DNA of 64,000 nucleotides from Lama glama (lineage: Eukaryota), in contig CM052816.1 of the NCBI GenBank assembly GCA_028534125.1, positions 94,056,001 to 94,120,000 on the forward strand, written 5' to 3'. The position numbers were made by a program, and so were the translations under genes. The notes under the pieces were generated by a model. It ran no database searches. It was not told where the DNA came from and saw only the letters and a program-made list of their open reading frames with translations. This document shows, in pieces, positions 12,541 through 24,870 of this stretch (position 1 is the stretch's first letter; the number at the start of each line of letters is the position of its first letter).

Positions 12541-13744
12541 ATTATGTTGAGAGGATTACCCACGATTCTATATTATCTGCATGCTTTAATTGCCTAATGT
12601 ATTAGTGACGTAAATTTAAAAATAAAAACCGAATTAAGAATACATGAACCTCACGTGGGTAAAAGAGGAGGCAGCATGTAACACTTGAATGTAGAAGGGT
12701 GGCCTCCATGAACCCGTATTTAATTCAATCCTGGGATAGGAAGAGCCAGAGGACCACACACATGCTGTAGACCACGGTCTCTCCATTTCTCCTCCAATTT
12801 GGGAAATTCTTCCACAGTGTTGACTAAAATCTCAGGATTCTCAAGATACTTTAAATGCCACCAGCACTTAGTTGAGGAAATTTTATTCCCAGAAACTCCT
12901 CATGATCATGAATCAATGAAAGCAAAAATTTGTGTAAGCATAGACTTCGAAAAAAATGACATCATTTGTCTTCTTAGAAACAGATTCCTATGTATCAGCT
13001 AAAAAGCATTTGTATGTCTTAAAAAATGACTTACTATTTTTCAGAAAAAAAAAATCACACAGAGTCACTAAAAAATGCAAAAGATTAATGTCTAATAAAA
13101 CCAGTGCTTCCTTCTAAAGTTGGGATTTCATCCTCACTTTAAAAAAAAATGTTGGGTCCCCATAGAGGGTAAAGATTAGATGAATATAATTAAAACAGAA
13201 AAGAGCCACATGCATTAACCTGGCGTCTACTTCAGCTTTTGCCCCACAGGGATTCTCACTTTTATTCTACTTTAGCTTGGTTTCTTAATTTCACTTTCCT
13301 TCTCATAAAGAAATTAACTATTTCTGTAGATGAGTAAGCTCTTACAATATTCCATGATCTCTATTATCATTTAAAATGCTTGATTCCTTCTTAATATGCC
13401 AGGGCCCGCAGAGCACACCCAGGGCCGTATATAGGTCAGGTCACTGCTCTGCATGATCATTCTTGCAGGATGGGTCCCTCCCCAGGCAAAGGTAGGAAAG
13501 TGTTTGCTAATTATTGCTTTTCTTCAGTGTCTCTCATTTGGTGGCTACTGATGATACTTGGCATCACGAACTGGTTTATGTGAATGCTTGTGAGGGTGGG
13601 GAGGGGTGGAGTCTGGGGGACTGTAAGCAGTACTAGGTTTAAAGAAGGTAAGTAAAGAGGAAACAGGCAGGGGGAAGACTGCTTCCCACACATTACCTTG
13701 GCCGCTGACACTAAAACCACTCTACTGTTCAAAAGAGGATGACT

Positions 13745-13963
13745 AACAGATACGCACTACTCTACATAAAACAGATGAACAACAAGGACCTACAGTACAG
13801 CACAGGGAACTATAATCAATATCTTATAATAACTTACACTGGAAAAGAATCTGAAGAAGAATATATATGTATGTGTATAATTGAATCTCTTTGTTATACA
13901 TCTGAAACATTGTAAATCAACTATACATCAACAAAAAATTTTTTAATAAAATATGAATAAACA
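13745..13963 (+). mobile_element. Young cetartiodactyl-type L1 3' end with TSD
   Basis: AACAGATAC..AACAAGGACCTAC..GCACAGGGAACTAT..CATTGTAAATCAACTATAC plus A-rich tail. TSD AAAAGAGGATGACT (13731-13744) versus AATAGAGAATGACT (13964-13977), 12/14. Confidence 0.9.
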
Positions 13964-14656
13964 AATAGAGAATGACTGTAGCTTCCCTCTCTTGGAAGAC
14001 ACTCGATCTGAAGATAAAAATCAGGCACAGAGAACTGATTCACTTCATCGTCTTTCTTTTAAGTTCTTCCACCTTTGGGGGGGCATGTCTGTTTTCATGT
14101 TGTATGTGGGTAGTTGGTACCTGACTGAAATGAAACTAAGCACGCTTCACACTCGGGTCTCCGTGTTTTTAAATGATTTATGCTCATCGTCCATGCACTG
14201 TCTTCACAATCCACCAAACCAAAATTGTAAACAGTTTTACTTTCGCTCCCATGATACTTACAGACTCTTGACCTCTTCCTCTATCCCTTGAACTGAACTC
14301 TGATTTCTCATACTGCTTTCAGTAACTAACCGCTATTTTTCCCCCATTATATAACGTCTGTCTTCACATTCATCTCATTATTGCCCTGTGATAAGGAGGT
14401 ACTGTTGATGATTCTCTGCAGAGACTTTGCTGCAATGAGCTTTCCTAAGCAAAGTACACTAAACAGTGCAGATTGAGTGATGTGATGGTTTCTCTCTGGG
14501 TCAAATTCAAATGAAACTGGGTTCTACGTTCTCTTTCCCTACAAATTAACAGTGAGTGGGTGTAAGAGTAATGTTAATGGTTTGTTGGTTGCCTAAACCA
14601 TGCCCTTTTCAAGAATAAATCTCTGGATATTAACCCAAGCTGAAGGAGTCTCTGCT

Positions 14657-14763
14657 TGCTACAGTTAGATATTGAAGACTAGTGCTCATACCAAGACCTA
14701 CCCTTAAAAATGCTACAGTTAGATATTGAAGACTAGTGCTCATACCAAGACCTACCCTTAAAA
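14657..14763. repeat. Perfect tandem duplication, 54-bp period
   Basis: TGCTACAGTTAGATATTGAAGACTAGTGCTCATACCAAGACCTACCCTTAAAA starts at both 14657 and 14711 with no mismatches. Confidence 0.97.
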
Positions 14764-14919
14764 CAGTCAGGTTCTCTGTTCACAATTATGCAGGACCCAA
14801 GCGTATTCCTTTGCTAACATATTGTTTTCATGAGGTCCCAAATAACTGGGAGTCAAATACACTCAACTTAAAGCAGAGAGTCTCATGACCAATCTGATAT
14901 ATACCTTCAACAGTTTATT

Positions 14920-15065
14920 TTGCATGTTGATTTTCATCTCTCTCTCCCATCACAATTCAAGCATTTTGAGTTTAGGTATCTCTTCTTACTATTCATTATA
15001 TTCTAGAGATTGAACATAAAATCAGACACCTTGCAATAAGTAAAAAATTGTTTGTTGAATTTATG
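14920..15065 (+). mobile_element. L2 3' end fragment
   Basis: CATCTCTCTCTCCCATCAC..AAGCATTTTGAG..TTGTTTGTTGAAT tail. Confidence 0.5.
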
Positions 15066-16079
15066 AGCCAACCCTTCAGTTACAAATTAAATGAAGCAAA
15101 GTGATTCTTACACCTGAACTTATCTGTATTAAATATTCTAAAGATAGACTAAATAATAAAAAGTTTAATTTAATAGATCAGTTACATTAGTCAGATATAT
15201 TTATTAACGTTTCCTTTGTAAAGAAGTTAATTATTCAAACTCTTAAAAAAAGATTGTTAGAGTTATTGGAGGGTAACTCACAATCTACAGGCTGGATAAA
15301 AGGTCTTGAGTATAGATTTATTTCTTTCATTTTAATCAAACTGCTAGACTAACCTTTTCATAAAGTAGCAACCTCTTATTTTTGGACCTTAGTGTATTTA
15401 AAATATTTTGTCTATTATGAATGTCCCATTGACGATTCTGTTTGCAAATGATCATTTTTAGTGCTGGCTGCCCAAATTTATGGTATCTGAAAAAGAAAAC
15501 AAGTATATATGTTTGCTGAGAGGATTTTTCCTAGTAATATCATTCAAAGCATTAACTTGGCTAAACTTTCTAGCTGTGGCGCAAATGATGTTTTGCCAAG
15601 ACAAACAAGAAAAGCAAGATTTTGTTGAAAAGTCTGCTCTCAGGTGGCAAGTACTCAGAATGAGTGCTTTCCCTTTCTCACACGTTCAATTTGAAGTTTT
15701 CATGTTTTTTAGATTCACCCGGGGTGGTTTACAACTCTCCAGTGGAATCTGTGTGACAGGATGCATCCATTCGGAACCAGTGTGGATGAGTGGAACCAAT
15801 GCCTACAAGAAAGATGGTTGGACTCGCTTTGCTCCCCCTGAAACCTCTCAAAAATAGCAAAGTAAACTTGAGCAGGTGTTCTAGCACCTTTACTTCTTAC
15901 AGTGGAGAAGCAGATCCAAGGCCAAGGCCAAGGCTAGTCATCGTCTGCCCGGAGGTTTTCTGTTTACACACATCTCTCCTGATTCCTGGGGCAACTCATT
16001 AGAATGTGAGCTCGCAAGGGCGAGGCACTCAGATTTACAGTGATTGAATGAACTTCAGGAGAAGGAAAGCAGAGGTTTC

Positions 16080-16300
16080 ATTAGCATAGTGGAGAAGAGC
16101 AATTAGATTCAATTAACCTCTTAAGAACCAATTGCCCTTTGAAATTACTTAATTCCTTTATCCTTACTTATCTCATCAGTGAAGTTATTATTGCCCACAT
16201 ATTTTAGTGAAAGTAAGTAGAATAACATTTATGAAGTTCTTTAGAGACACATGAAGCAGGCATTACTGAGTATACAGTATATGTTTAAGTATTTTTATTC
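16080..16300 (+). mobile_element. MIR fragment
   Basis: TAGCATAGTGGAGAAGAGC..AAATTACTTAA..TCTCATCAGTGAA..GAATAACATTTATGAAGT. Confidence 0.5.
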
Positions 16301-16829
16301 CATTATTGTCTCTAATTCTTAAATATGTTATCCACACATGACAGGGCCCATGCAATGTAGGTTAAATTAAATTAGGGATAGAATATGATCGACTATTTCA
16401 GACAGGAACCCTAACCTGGGGTACTTGCATGCGGTATTCGGGGAGATGATTGTGGGATGTTTTAGGGAATTCAAGGTGGATCTATCACCTTTGAGAAGAG
16501 GCTTTCCCTGGGTCACAAGGAGGAGGAAAACTGTTTTCTATTAGAGTCAGAAAAGGGGTGCCTTTTCCCAAAACAAAACTCAAAGGGAATGGTCATTAGG
16601 AATAACAAGAGTTACTTCCAGTTAATGAAATGCATTATTTTTAACTAAATAGGAAAACACACATATAAGTGTTCTGAGTCTTTGGAACATTATACCAAAG
16701 TAAGGCATAAAATATATTTATTTACCTCAGTGAAGAGGTTTAGACACAGAAGCTGAGAGTACACTAAAAATCTTGACGTGGGAGCTGAATAAACTCTGAA
16801 CCACAGAGGAGACATAGGTGAGAAATTCC

Positions 16830-17530
16830 AAGACCAAAAAGGGCAAAGCCCCGAGGCCCTTTGAACAACTTGCAGACATGTTGGGCAGGTTTAGAAGGGG
16901 AGTCTGAGCGGACTGGAGAGATTTTACAGGATGACACACAGTGAAATCTCAGTGGATATGTGGTAGAAGTGGCTTTGAAACAGAAAAACATTATCAAGGA
17001 AAAGAAGACTCTGATCACATGGGGCCATGGGTGGCTGAGAGCTAGGGCTGAAACTGGAATCCAGCAGCATCACAGGGACAGTGCTGCGAGGAAGTGGACA
17101 GTATATCGCTAATTGGAAAAGTGTGATTATATGTGGTGCTCTAGTAGCATGAAGCTTACCGTCTAGAGGAGAAAGGAATTGTATCCTTTTTTCAACCACA
17201 AATGGATTCATTCATTCCAGGGTCATTTACCAAGCAGCCAACCAGGTCCTGAGGTGCTGAAACAGAACAGAACCAAACAAAACCCCGACTGTCCTAGCGC
17301 TGACATTCCAGCGTGGGAAGATGATGATGCTCAAGTAGGCAAATCCATGCGTGACGTGCAAGGTGGATGCAAGTACTAGTGTGGAACATCATGGGCAGTA
17401 AGCGGTGGGCTGACAGTTCAGAGAGAAAGCCCGGAAGTCCGTCCTGCTAAAGTGAATTTGGACAGACAACTGAATGAGATGAATTAACTTTAAAGGAAAG
17501 ACTGAGCCCAAGGAAGTGTGCTGATGACTG
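16830..17530 (-). mobile_element. L2 fragments (antisense)
   Basis: ATTCATTCATTCC..CATTTACCAAGC..CCAGGTCCTG..GGTGCTG..CTGACATTCCAGCGTGGGAAGA is the reversed L2 tail. GACATGTTGGG..TTAGAAGG and GAAAAGAAGACTCTGA-type L2 body segments lie upstream. Confidence 0.6.
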
Positions 17531-17603
17531 GTCAGCTGAGGATATCAGACTAATCATGTCTCGAGGGGACAGTGGTAACCAAGCCAGTGGCAAAACAAAA
17601 ACA

Positions 17604-17861
17604 GACTTACCTACAAAGCAGAAACAGACTCACAGACATGGAGAATGAAATGATGGCTACCAGTGAGGAAAGGGGGTGGGAAGGGATAAACTGGGAGTTT
17701 GAAAATTGCACCTCTTGGGGACTGATGGGAATCTTAGCTATCTTGATTGTGGTAGTGGTTTCATTGGTGTATACATCTATCAAAATTCATCAAATTGTAC
17801 GTTTGAAATATGTGTAGTTTAGTGTACAGGAACCATACCACAATAAAGGTGCTTAAAAAAA
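17604..17861 (+). mobile_element. Chimeric L1 3' end: young cetartiodactyl L1 3' UTR fused to an old L1MB/MC/ME-type terminus
   Basis: 17604-17710 reads CAGAAACAGACTCACAGACAT..GGGATAAACTGGGAGTTTGA. 17711-17861 reads TATCTTGATTGTGGTAGTGGTTTCA..ATCAAATTGTAC..CAATAAAG plus an A tail. Confidence 0.8.
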
Positions 17862-18844
17862 GAGAGAGAGAGAGTGGCTAAATGAATGTCAAAACAGAAT
17901 TCTGAAAACTAACAAGTGGGGAATACTCCAGTTTCTGTTTTACTGCTTATCTGACTCATACTTAATCCACATGTTTATGTACAAATAAACATAACCTTAC
18001 ACTCCATTTTCCATCTGGATACACGTTTTTATTTTCCAGATTCTAACTCAATTTTATTGGTGAGTTTGAATATGCCTCTTTTTCAAGACTTAAAAATTGT
18101 GCTAAAGTGGTTACTGGTTTTGTAAATGTATTTTAAGATACATTTACATAAATGCATATAAATAATTTGTATAAATAAATAAAATAAAATATAAATATAA
18201 CTAAATATAATTTGTGCATAGGGCACTCTTATTTAGGATTTGCTGATTGCATTAAGAGTTTAAGCTGAAATTTCTAAGGAGATTTAATCATTTTCTATTT
18301 ACCACTATGCATAGGCTGTTTCTAAGTGCCATTCAAATCGCACCATATCTGTATGCGAGATACATGCGGCCACTACATTTTTTTCCATCATTTACAACAT
18401 TAGGAAAAATACTTTTTATTAAGTGTTATGATAAGCTAAAAAGATTCAAATAAAACATTAAATAGTAAATTTATCCTTAGCAAGCCTTTGTCCTGCTAAA
18501 TCATAAAGAGGCTAATCCAAAACTATAAACGTGCAAATTCAATGACACTGAAAATCATTTCAAAATGATGTGATGCTATTTAAAGACTAGAATGCTCTGT
18601 TGGAATGTAATTTTAGTTTATGGTTATCTGGTCAACTTTTTTCCTCTATATTACATACAGAGCCCTACTCAGAGTTAAAAACTTCTATTTTATAGTGATT
18701 AGAATGACTAAAATATTTTCATCATCTATATTCAGTGTATGCTTTGAATTATATTATTTGGTACAGTGTAAATAAAAATGGACAGATTATTTTTTACCTT
18801 TTCTTAACAGGGAAAAGAAAATATTTCCAGGAAGCTTCAGTCTA

Positions 18845-18880
18845 TTCATGATGGTGGGAAATTTCATGATGATGGGAAAT
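18845..18880. repeat. 18-bp tandem duplication
   Basis: TTCATGATGGTGGGAAAT / TTCATGATGATGGGAAAT, 17/18 identical. Confidence 0.9.
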
Positions 18881-19389
18881 AAAAATACACTTTGTAAAAT
18901 GAAGATGTGACAGGAAAATGAAGAAAACAGCTCTTTGAACATGTTGTGAATACCTTAACCTCATGGAGGAAAGCAGACCTGGTTCAGGATTTGTTTCTTT
19001 TCTGTTCCTGGCGTGTTCTCCTTGGTGGCTGCGTTGCAGTTACAAGAAAGACAAATGGAAGACAAGAGCAACCAAGGGAATTAACCTTCACTGGACATTT
19101 TTCATTAAGTCCTCATATATTTAATTGCTAGTTTTAAGACCTTAATAGCAGTCTGTATTATACATTTTTCTAACAAAAAATGAATAAATTATACCTATTA
19201 AAAGAGAATTTTAAGATAAATAATTGTTTCATTTCAGTGGTAAAATTGAATTAGATATCTGCCAAGCAAAAATGTCCTCTAATACTTCTTCCACACTCTG
19301 AACAAAATCTTGATCTCTACTCTGAGAAAGGAAATTATTATCCTGAGTTATCACTGTTGATATGGTCTTCCTTCCGAATATTAAAAAAG

Positions 19390-21030
19390 GAACATGCGGG
19401 AGAAATATGCATGGAATACTGTACCTCCCACAGTAGAATCCACTTTCTTTTCATATTTACATGTCATGTTCACAAAGATAGCCCACACAATATCCTGTAA
19501 AATAAGAATTAAAAAAATAAGAAGAAGACTGAAATAGTATGCTTTTTGAAAAAAACATTGATGATATTTAGGAAAACCTCAAATATTTGGAAATTCAAAA
19601 ACATACTTCTAAATAATGCATTATTCTGGGGACATATAACAAGAAGGATTAGAAAATGTTACAAACTGAATGAAAATTCAAATATAACATATAGAAAATT
19701 GTTGAGTTCAGTTAAAGCCACGACTATTAGGAAATTGATCACTTTAAATACTTACATTAGACTTGAAGGTCTAAATTAAGTCACCTAACTTTCCATTTTC
19801 AGAAACTGAAAAAAAGAAAGCAACACAAGCCCAAATTAAGTAGAAGAAAAGAAATAAAAATGATAAGAGCAGCCATCAATAAAGTTAAAAAATAGAGAAA
19901 ATTTTAAAGGCAAAAGAGATTCTTTGAAAAGACAAAAAAATCTATTTAAAAAAAAAAAACCCTAGCTAAACTAATAAAGAGAAAAAGACAGAGAGAATAA
20001 ATTAAAAATATTACAAATGAACAAGGGGATTATTACTACAGATCTAATAGACATGGAAAGGATAATAATAAACAACTTGTTTACGACAAATTGAGCAACC
20101 TGGATGAAATGGACGCACATGTTTAAAAACACAGCTTACCGAAGCAGGCAGAAGATGGAGCAGAAAGTCAGAATAGTCTTACGTTCTTTTTTAATTGAAT
20201 TTGTTTCTTAAAAAGTCTTCCTACAAATAAAACTTCAGGCACATATAATTCCAGTTGTGAGCTCCATCTACCGTTTAAGTAAGTGTAGACTAAAATAAAA
20301 ACACATAGCATGAGAACTGTGAGTTTCAGATTTATTGGGGGCTTACTGAAGACTATATCCTGGGAGACAGTCTCTGCGACAGCTCTCAGAGGCTGCTCAG
20401 AAGAGGGAGGGGGGAGGTCAGTATTTTGGTGAAGGGGGTATGTGCAATCAAGCGCACATCTTGGTAGAAAGTTGCTGGTAGTCATGAGAAACAGATATCT
20501 CAGTTAGTGATTTTAGTGCTTTTATAAGGATGAGAAGATGTAAGAAATCGGGCTCATAAAATTTTCTCCTGAAAACACCTACCTATCTAGAGGACTGCTT
20601 TTTTCCAGAGCAGAGTGTTTCCCAGAGCAGAGGGCCTCACCCTGATCTCTTCCCTGAACTCCTTTCAAGCTGTGTTAAAGGACGGTGACTGCAGTGGCAA
20701 ATGACTCAGTCCCCGTAGAACCGGGTGGAGAGTGACATTTCTTAGTCAGCAATAGAAATAAAGCCAATCTGCACAAAATCACTAGAAAGAGGAGGAAAAC
20801 TCCCCAACTGATTTTGCACAGCCTACATGGATCTAATATTGGGCATTCCAAAAAATAAAAACAAATAAATTATAGACCAATTACAGACCGACTTCCTTTA
20901 TGAAATAAATGGAAAAATACTTAGCACAATGTCAGTATATCAAAAGGAGTGACATTTTAAAAGGATAGTACATCATGACGTAATAAGTCATTTCGAAGAA
21001 TTCAAGGTTATTTTCACTTTCAAAAATCAG
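19390..21030 (+). mobile_element. Degenerate L1M ORF2 segment (endonuclease end to RT start), interrupted by an LTR
   Basis: ORF 19546 peptide NIWKFKNILLNN resembles L1 NTWKLNNLLLN. Also CCCAAATTAAGTAGAAGAAAAGAAATAA, CCTGGATGAAATGGAC and GGATAGTACATCATGAC. Many stops and frameshifts. Confidence 0.85.
20284..20751 (-). mobile_element. Cetartiodactyl ERV1-like solo LTR inserted in L1
   Basis: TG..CA termini (TGTAGACT..GTCAGCA). Minus-strand AATAAA at about 20331. CTTACTGAAGACT..CCTGGGAGACAG..AGCTCTCAGAGGCTGCTC resembles cetartiodactyl ERV LTRs. L1 sequence resumes on both sides. Confidence 0.8.
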
Positions 21031-21059
21031 TCTCCACCACAAAACTTGCCATATCCTGC

Positions 21060-22770
21060 ATCCTGCATGAATTCGATGTCCAACTGGATGACCCGCCAAC
21101 AGCCTGACTTCTCAGTTTCATAGCATCCTCATCTCTAATGGTGTTCCACTTCACCTACTTCAGTGCCTGTTTTATAGTTACTTTCTGCAATTTGTCATCA
21201 TCTGAAGCTATTTAGAATTTGAAATTTTTAAGACCACCAGCCAATTAAGCAATTCAGTTTTCCCAAACTTATCAGCCCTAATCTGTTTTCATTCTCTATC
21301 TAACTTAGGCCCAAAGCTGTCATTTCAATCACTCCATCGAGGATAATGTAAATATCATTCATCTGTCATCATTCATGTTTCCTGACTCTATTCCCATTCT
21401 AGAATAGCTAATAATCTAGTCTATGCTTGCACCTAATCAGTTTTGTACAATAAGGGAAAAACCCACACCATCACGGAATGAGGGATAATACCTAAATCCA
21501 TAACCACTGTCCCAGCGGGGACCATCACCACCAGTAAGCACATTTACAGGCAAGTACGTAAAATTATTAGTATTCTACTTTCAAAAATCATAAATCACCA
21601 GACTGTAATTTCCTCAACCTTCTATCACCACACGTGAAAAAATACTGAAGTATATCAGTTCCCATTATTTCTTCCACACTCCATTCCTCACCCCTTTTGA
21701 CAATGGTATAAATGCTGTCTATATATTCAAAAAGCCAACTCTGCCCTCTCTTTGCTGGTTTTCCATATTCTGACTCCCCAGGAAACCCAGTATTCCCATA
21801 TCCTACCTTCATTTATTTAAGTTGTATTATTTAAATCTGTCCTAGTCTTTTATGTCCTGTGCTAAACAAACAAACAAACAAACAAAAATTCAAGAATCCC
21901 ACACACTCCTCTAGGTACTTCTCCTATTTTCAACTTCTTTTCAATATTGTCTGTTGTAGTTGCTGTCTCCACTTTGTCACCATCCATTTGTTTATCGAAT
22001 GCATTAATTATGCCTCCTTTCCCTTGTCACTTTGCTAAAGTAGCTCTAACGCAGCATTAACATGAATGTCATGACAATGAAACCAGTGAACACTGTTCAA
22101 GCCTCATTGTTGACTCTTCTGCCAACAGTGCCCACTTTCTTTGTATTGAAGATGGCCACCTTCTCTGCTTCTTCTGTTCAACGTTTAGAGAACCAGCTGC
22201 CTTGTTTTCCTTCTGAATCTATAGCCATTTTTTTTTCATTTAACAATAAAACTTGTCATTTGTCAGGAATTTGTCATAGGCTAATTTATCTCTGTACATT
22301 CTCTTCCTGGGAATTAAATAACATGTAATGTTAGCATCGTAGTTTGGTCTGTGAACATTTCTGTTTCACGATCTCTAGAACAGCTTGCTTAATAGTATAC
22401 TTGGGAGAGGATGGAGGTAATTTTCCATACAGTACTCCCCCATCAATTTCCTCTCATATAGTTTTCATCTCCCTGAATGGCGCCAACATTCCTACAAACA
22501 ATTCTTACATTAGAAGTGTTTCCAACAGTGTATGCTATTGTTGAGGTCAGGATTTGTCTTACTTGGGCATTCCTCAATTTCTCCCTGGTAGTCTTGACTG
22601 AGTCAGGTCACTTTTTAATTCTCACAGCCCTTAATTTGTTACAGGTTATTTGAAAAAAGTGTGTCTGTCCAAGTACACCAAAAATTCTATGAGGCAGGAT
22701 CTAGGTCTTCCTTCCCAACACCGTATGTCTGACAGACATCAGAGTGCTTGGTACTGACAGGTGCTGTCTA
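21060..22770 (+). mobile_element. Degenerate L2 LINE (ORF2 fragments plus 3' end)
   Basis: GTCCAACTGGATGACCCGCCAACA..CTTCTCAGTTTC..TCCTCATCTCTAATG is the L2 endonuclease region. Pyrimidine-rich RT-like segments at about 21900-22500. 3' end TATGAGGCAGGA..AGAGTGCTTGGTAC. Confidence 0.65.
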
Positions 22771-24059
22771 TGGTCTCCTTTGCTAAGTAGATACTTACTA
22801 GAGTTTCTTTTACACAAGCAGGATTTATACCGCGTGCAGAGCTGACTGGACCAGAAATACCCTCTGAAAGGAATCCGAGTACTGTGGCCTTTTGCCTCGA
22901 AAGGAAAGCGTTGGCACTGTGATAGGACGCATCAAAGAACAGCTTACCTTTTGTTAAAACAGAAGCCACCTCACACTGTGAGAGCTCGACATGTAAATGA
23001 AGGCACCAAACTCACTGAAAGTTCGACTTTAATCTATTTTGATGTTAACCCAGATGACTGAGGGATATTTTTTCTATCTTCCCTTTTTGTCCTTCATTGG
23101 AAAAAGCTCTAGATTTGCTAACCACTGATATTCCTTCACTTCATTTTTCCCATCACATAACTAATAAAATATTTGGGTAATTTACATGATATTTTATTTC
23201 TAAGAATTCAAGGAATTAGCTGTGTGAGAATGTTTCAGTGAGACCACCATGTAGTCTTACATTTTGATGTTAAAAAATTTTTTTTTCTACGTAGACCCAC
23301 CTTTAAGAGAAATCTGTTCATAACTTGTAAGCCTTCTGTCAAAATAATAATTTTCAACTAAGACTTAAGTTGAGGCATATGTGAGATATTTTCCAATGTT
23401 CCATAGCAAATTGATATTTTTTTAAATCAAAGAAAATGATAGTAATTAACCTAATAGTTCATTATAACTCTTGTTAAAATTAAGTGGAATTATTTCGTTT
23501 GTGTGTTTCCATATATGTATTTAATTTTAAATAAAATTTAACTACAGACCATAAATGTTAATTCATTATGACGTGTGAATGTTTCTTTGTAAACTTTCCA
23601 TCTCCTCTTAATGCTGTAAAATCTCAGATCCTTCCTCATATGTTTCCCCACAGAAGTATGACTTTATGACCCATTTTATTCCTCAAATGAGTCTCACAAG
23701 TATAATCTCTTGGCTCCCCTCCTTTTTTCCCTTCATTTCCAGTGGTCATATCTATTCTGAAATCTTCAGCTGTGGTCACCTCACTTTCTGCTGAGTTCCC
23801 CCTTTACAGTTCCAAAGGACTGCTGCAACTTAAACTCCTACATAACAACAAAGCCCCAAATTCAAGGCAACCAAAATTGGTCTCACTCTTTAGCCATCTC
23901 TATGTCACTGTCAGAGTCATAGTCCTGATTCACAGCTCTCACTGTTCTATTATTCTGCTTAGAAATCTTATCCTGATCATAATTTCTTACTAAGCAAAGT
24001 TTTTAAGAAGCAAGTAATTCTGAAAACTCTCTTATTTGTCTTTAGACTGCTCTCTCAAT

Positions 24060-24505
24060 TCGTGCCTTCCAGAATCTTCCTCCAGCAGAAAGCATACATG
24101 CCTTCTCTCTGGGGACATCCAACAGTTTTCCCCATATCCATGGTTTGATTCACCTGTTCTGTTATGTTTGAAATGCTTTCCTAAATGCACATAAAGTGTT
24201 GGTATTTTATCTACATTTCAGTATCAGATTAAATGCACCCTCATTTATCCTAAACATACCAGAAGGGACACAACTTTCCGTAAGAGCCCACAAACATTCC
24301 TGTGGGCTTCATTTATGTTTCTGACCACATATTGCCTTGGTAGTTAGATTTTTGCTTCTTTGATTTCTTTTGCTGGATTATAAAGTACTGAGATGAGGGA
24401 CTTCATCTTATTCATATATAAATTCCTCTTAGAACCTAAAACTGTAGTAAGTAGCAAAATGTCTTGCAAGCACTCAAATATTTATTCTTTGAATAAATGA
24501 ATAAT
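24060..24505 (+). mobile_element. L2 3' region
   Basis: GCTGGATTATAAAGTACTGAG..AGGGACTTCATCTTATTCAT..AGCACTCAAATATTT..GAATAAATGAAT. Confidence 0.65.
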
Positions 24506-24870
24506 GCAGAAAGAACATAAGAAGTGAAGAAAACAACATCAAAACTCTTTCAAATATGCCTTAAGCATCAGAGAATTTGCTAATCTTGTAATCATACATT
24601 CTGGGAAATATTTCACTATAGTTTCTTGAAGAAGTTTAGTAAGATAACTTCATTATTTCTAAAAACCTGCTTCTAGTTTATAGTACTTAAAAACAATAAT
24701 TTATTTGAGCATGAAATACATACACATAATTAAAAATCCAGAAGATATAAAATCAAATAGGTACTAAAATCATTTCTCAACCCTCTCCTTCAGTACTCAT
24801 GCCATTTCAGAAGGCAACCAATTTTACCAACTCCATATATTTTTCCAGAGACAATCTACACATATACAAT

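Noticed and set aside
14657..14763. Possible CRISPR-like direct repeats
   Set aside because: There are only two adjacent copies, no spacer and no cas genes, in mammalian context.
22797..23030. Minus-strand donors (GTAAGT, GTAAGC) in a slightly CpG-rich patch
   Set aside because: No convincing acceptor/frame combination or homology, and the motifs are expected by chance.
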